DNA of 64,000 bases, taken from positions 4,128,001-4,192,000 of the forward strand of contig CP166615.1 in NCBI GenBank assembly GCA_041937175.2, written 5' to 3'. Every line of letters begins with the position of its first letter. Position 1 is the stretch's first letter. Shown piece after piece: positions 60,538 through 64,000 of this stretch. The notes below the pieces were generated by a model. That model was not told the DNA's origin. It ran no database searches and saw only the letters and a list, made by a program, of their open reading frames with translations. The stretch is from Limnothrix sp. BL-A-16 (GTDB taxonomy: Bacteria; Cyanobacteriota; Cyanobacteriia; CACIAM-69d). The translations under genes and the position numbers were made by a program.

Positions 60538-61574
60538 TAATTCTCCGAAGCAACAGCCTGCTGCACGCTTTGTTGATACTGGGCTTGGATTCGCTCAATC
60601 ACATGGGACTCCACAGCCGCCTTGGCGAGGCGGATAGCCCCAAAGGCTGAAGGGGCCCGCGAGCTGCCATGGCCAATAATGCAAACCCCGTTCACGCCCA
60701 GCAACAAACCGCCCCCATGCTCCGCATGATCGACCCGTTGCTTAATGCGCTTCAGGTTGTGCTTCAACACCGTGACCCCAATCTTGCCGCGTGTGCCCTT
60801 GGGTAGCTCCTCTTTCACCACCTGAAGCATCGCGCTGCCTACAGCTTCCGCGAACTTCAGCAGTACGTTGCCCACAAAGCCATCACAAACAGCCACATCG
60901 AACTGACCCGAGAGGATATCGCGCCCCTCGGCATTGCCCGCAAAGTGAATGGCGGGATTTTCCGACAGCAACTGATGGGCCCGCAGGGCCAGCTCATTAC
61001 CTTTACATTCCTCTTCGCCAATGTTGACCAAGCCCACGTTGGGCCGTTCCACCCCCAAAACATGTTGGCTGTAGATGGAACCCATCACGGCAAATTGCTC
61101 TAGGAATTTGGGGCGACAGTCCACATTGGCCCCCACATCCAAGATCAAAACTTGCTTGCCGTTGACCTGGGTTGGCAACACGGCCCCGATCGCGGGGCGT
61201 TCAATTCCCGGAATCCGTCCCAACCGCAGCAGTGCCGCCGCCATGGACGCGCCCGAGTGCCCCGCCGAAACCACAGCATCGGCTCGGCCTTCCTTGACCA
61301 GATTCGTGGCCACATTAATGGAAGAATTGGGTTTGCGGCGCAGGGCGGTTAATGGCTCTTCGTCCATCTCCACCACACCATCGGCGGGCACAATTTCGAG
61401 GTTTGAACCAGCATTGTGCTCTTTCAGGCAAGCCTCGATTTTGTGGGGATCACCGACTAGCAGAACCTTAACCCCCAGTTCTTCGCTGGCGCGCACGGCT
61501 CCGGCGACGATTTCTTCGGGGGCATAGTCGCCGCCCATTGCGTCAATTGCGATTCGATCCCCAGTTGACCCCAT
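60537..61574 (-). CDS. plsX: Phosphate acyltransferase PlsX
   Basis: IAIDAMGGDYAP, LDVGANVD, NIGEE and GHGSS motifs. Start at 61574. Confidence 0.95.
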   Translation of the reverse strand: MGSTGDRIAIDAMGGDYAPEEIVAGAVRASEELGVKVLLVGDPHKIEACLKEHNAGSNLEIVPADGVVEMDEEPLTALRRKPNSSINVATNLVKEGRADAVVSAGHSGASMAAALLRLGRIPGIERPAIGAVLPTQVNGKQVLILDVGANVDCRPKFLEQFAVMGSIYSQHVLGVERPNVGLVNIGEEECKGNELALRAHQLLSENPAIHFAGNAEGRDILSGQFDVAVCDGFVGNVLLKFAEAVGSAMLQVVKEELPKGTRGKIGVTVLKHNLKRIKQRVDHAEHGGGLLLGVNGVCIIGHGSSRAPSAFGAIRLAKAAVESHVIERIQAQYQQSVQQAVASEN

Positions 61575-62516
61575 AGAAGCCGAACACGGTAGAAGTCTCC
61601 CAAATTTTACCAGACAGGGTGCAAATGGCTGTCGTTTGGCAATTGGGTTTGGCAATTAGGTTGAATCACTGGGCTTGGCAATTGGGTTTGGCGGCTTTTG
61701 GGGGGAGCGGCCGATGGCTGCTGGGGAATGGTGAACCCTGTGGGCCGATGCAACCGAGACTCCGGCCCTAAGTTAGAGTTAAGTTCGGGGCCGATCATCG
61801 CTTTGGCTTGGGGTTGTTGGCCACCAAACACTGATCACAGCAAGGTTTAGATGAGCACAGCCCTGTGGCCGGTTGTTTGTGGTGCGGGATTGGCTGCCTG
61901 CGCTTGTAGCCTAGATTTGCGGTCTACGATTTGCGGTTCTAAGATCGATTGTCTTCATCCATCCGTTTAATCAGTGCCGATCGAGCCACAGCCGAGGGGT
62001 AATGGGGCGATCGCCCTGAATGAAACTGGTTGCATCTCCGGTGATCCCCTGTGATCGATCAAGGGAAGATGGCTCACCATCAACTGCATGAGTGATTTCA
62101 TGACCGATCATGCGTGATGCACTGGGGGAATCGATCGGGACTCAGATCAACGACTGATTGACCCATCATCGATCACAATCAATTTGAGATTCACAGTCCA
62201 CTTGATCAGTACTCATTGATGAAACTGATCAGACCGATCACGTTAGCTGATCGCTACTGCTCTAATCCATTAAATCCAGTGATTGGGTGAGGGCGATCGG
62301 GAGAATCGGGGCGATCGAGGGTGGTCAAGGTGATCGGAAAGTGATCAAATCGACGGCGATCAAGGCGATCAAATTAATGAAATCGATTGACCTAGAGCCA
62401 TTTGCATGGCGATCAGGCGATCGATGACATTAATGAAATCCGCAATGAAATCCGCAACCCCAATGCTCAAATATCTTGCGCAATCTACTGTCTGAGCCTG
62501 TCGGTGGCCAGGATGC

Positions 62517-64000
62517 ATGGAAATTGAAGCGGCTGTTCAACGAACCTTTGCCACAGGCTCAGCGTCTGGATCGGTGGCGGAAGCGGCAAGACGCTGGATG
62601 GCTCTGCCCGATAGCGCTGCCCGATCGAGTTGTTTGCTAGTTCTCGAAAGCAATCAGCTTAAGGGCGTGGTCTTGCCTCGGGATCTCTTGCGGGCCCTGG
62701 CCACTCAGCCCAGTCGGCTGCTGGGAACCATTGCCCAGGCCGTCCAACCAATCTTGCTCAAGGACTTGGGGCAATGGATTGGCACCATTGAGGGCCTCCG
62801 AACCCTGTTGGATCTGTTTACCCGCCAGGGCCTCGATATTTTGCCCGTGGTGGATGGGGGACTGCGGCCCCTAGGGGTGTTGCCGCTGATGGTCGTCTCC
62901 CAAGAGCTGATTTTGCGACTGCAACAACAGGCCGATCACCGTGACCTGGCCGAGCAGCAGTTAATGACTGCCTATGCCGAGATGCGGGGCATGTTGGAAG
63001 CCTTGCCGGATCTGGTGCTGGAGTTGTCAACGGAGCAGGCCCATGTGCGGGTGATGCCCACCCAGTTGGCCCAGGTGTCGAATCATGGGGGTGAGCTAAT
63101 TAATCAGATGGTGGAGATTCTGACGGATTCCACCCGATCGGGCCCTTGGTTGGCCGCCGCGCGGGAAGCCATTCGGCAACAACGTTCCCTGTCCTTGGAA
63201 TATTCCCTGCGGCTGGGGGAGCAGGAGGCTTGGTTTATCGCCAACATCGCCCCCACCTCCCACAGCAGCGTGATTTGGGTGGCGCGTGATATCAGCGATC
63301 GCAAACGGGCCGAGCGGGCCCTGGCCGAAGCCAATGTCCAACTCAAGGCTTGGATTGATACCCTAGAGCGCCGCAACCAGGAGTTGAAACTGCTGGGCGA
63401 TCTCAGCGGCCTGCTGCAAACTTGCCTGAGCATCGCTGAGGCGGGCCGTGCCTTGCCCAGTGTGTTGATGGCTTTGTTTCCGCGCTGTAGTGGAGGGGTG
63501 TTTTTATACGACGACAGCAAGGGCGTATTTTCCCTGATCAGCCAGTGGGGCGATAGTTTCTCTAGCCAATCGACCTTTGCCTTTCGTCATTGCTGGGCCC
63601 TGCGGCGTGGGCGATCGCACCGAGTGGAAGCGGGGCCGCAAAACCTGCGCTGTCAGCACGCCTTTGAGGGGTTCATTGGCGAATCTCTCTGTATGCCTTT
63701 GGTGGGGCGGGGGCAAACCTTGGGCCTGTTGCACCTTTGCACCCAGCCCAATCAGCGTCTGATTTCCGAATACCAACCCATGGCCACGGCCGTGGCGGAG
63801 CACTTGGGCTTGGCCTTGTCTGATATGCAATCGCGCCAGAAACATAACCTGGTGACGCTTCAAGATGAGGATGCACAACTGTTTAATCGGCAATATTTAG
63901 AGCAGCGGCTTCAGCGCGACTTGTTAAATATGGCCCGTGCCCAGCAACCCTTGAGTTTGTTGGCGATCGCCCTGGATGGGTTGGCTGTGGCGGAGCGTCT
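62517..64000 (+). CDS. CBS-PAS-GAF-GGDEF-like signalling protein, 3'-truncated by the window edge and absent from the ORF track
   Basis: Manual translation from ATG 62517: MEIEAAVQRTF...SCLLVLESNQLKGVV..RDLLRAL (CBS), EALPDLVL...RDISDRKRAE (PAS), CWALRRG...LCMPL..RGQTLGLLHL (GAF), LFNRQYLEQRL..PLSLLAIALD (GGDEF N-terminus). Confidence 0.8.
   Translation, partial: MEIEAAVQRTFATGSASGSVAEAARRWMALPDSAARSSCLLVLESNQLKGVVLPRDLLRALATQPSRLLGTIAQAVQPILLKDLGQWIGTIEGLRTLLDLFTRQGLDILPVVDGGLRPLGVLPLMVVSQELILRLQQQADHRDLAEQQLMTAYAEMRGMLEALPDLVLELSTEQAHVRVMPTQLAQVSNHGGELINQMVEILTDSTRSGPWLAAAREAIRQQRSLSLEYSLRLGEQEAWFIANIAPTSHSSVIWVARDISDRKRAERALAEANVQLKAWIDTLERRNQELKLLGDLSGLLQTCLSIAEAGRALPSVLMALFPRCSGGVFLYDDSKGVFSLISQWGDSFSSQSTFAFRHCWALRRGRSHRVEAGPQNLRCQHAFEGFIGESLCMPLVGRGQTLGLLHLCTQPNQRLISEYQPMATAVAEHLGLALSDMQSRQKHNLVTLQDEDAQLFNRQYLEQRLQRDLLNMARAQQPLSLLAIALDGLAVAER

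Noticed and set aside
1..64000. Very frequent GCGATCGC as a novel repeat
   Set aside because: This is the well-known cyanobacterial HIP1 octamer.

Overview
GC-rich cyanobacterial chromosomal DNA. The HIP1 octamer GCGATCGC is very frequent, and btpA, psb34, gun4, ictB and hetZ/patU homologues are present. A non-heterocystous filamentous taxon such as Limnothrix is plausible, but this is inference only. Most of the window is housekeeping: about 47 CDS covering envelope/EPS, proteolysis (clpX, clpP), tetrapyrrole, lipid (plsX-fabH) and signalling functions. No rRNA, tRNA or CRISPR array was recognised. The most unusual structure is a 20-22 bp palindrome, CAAGGGGCTTAAGCCCCTTG, at seven intergenic sites. 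It is carried inside two different miniature inverted-repeat elements, and at five sites it anchors a locus-specific tandem duplication or array. Other points of interest are a hetZ-patU3 pair, Yfr1-complementary sites upstream of three envelope genes, a candidate sRNA between pyk and clpP, a small Mrr-Uma2 islet, a sensor-less HTH-NB-ARC protein, a ~149-aa acidic insertion in a TIGR03279-type protein, and a partial CBS-PAS-GAF-GGDEF gene missing from the ORF track. All assignments were made by eye; no database searches were run.
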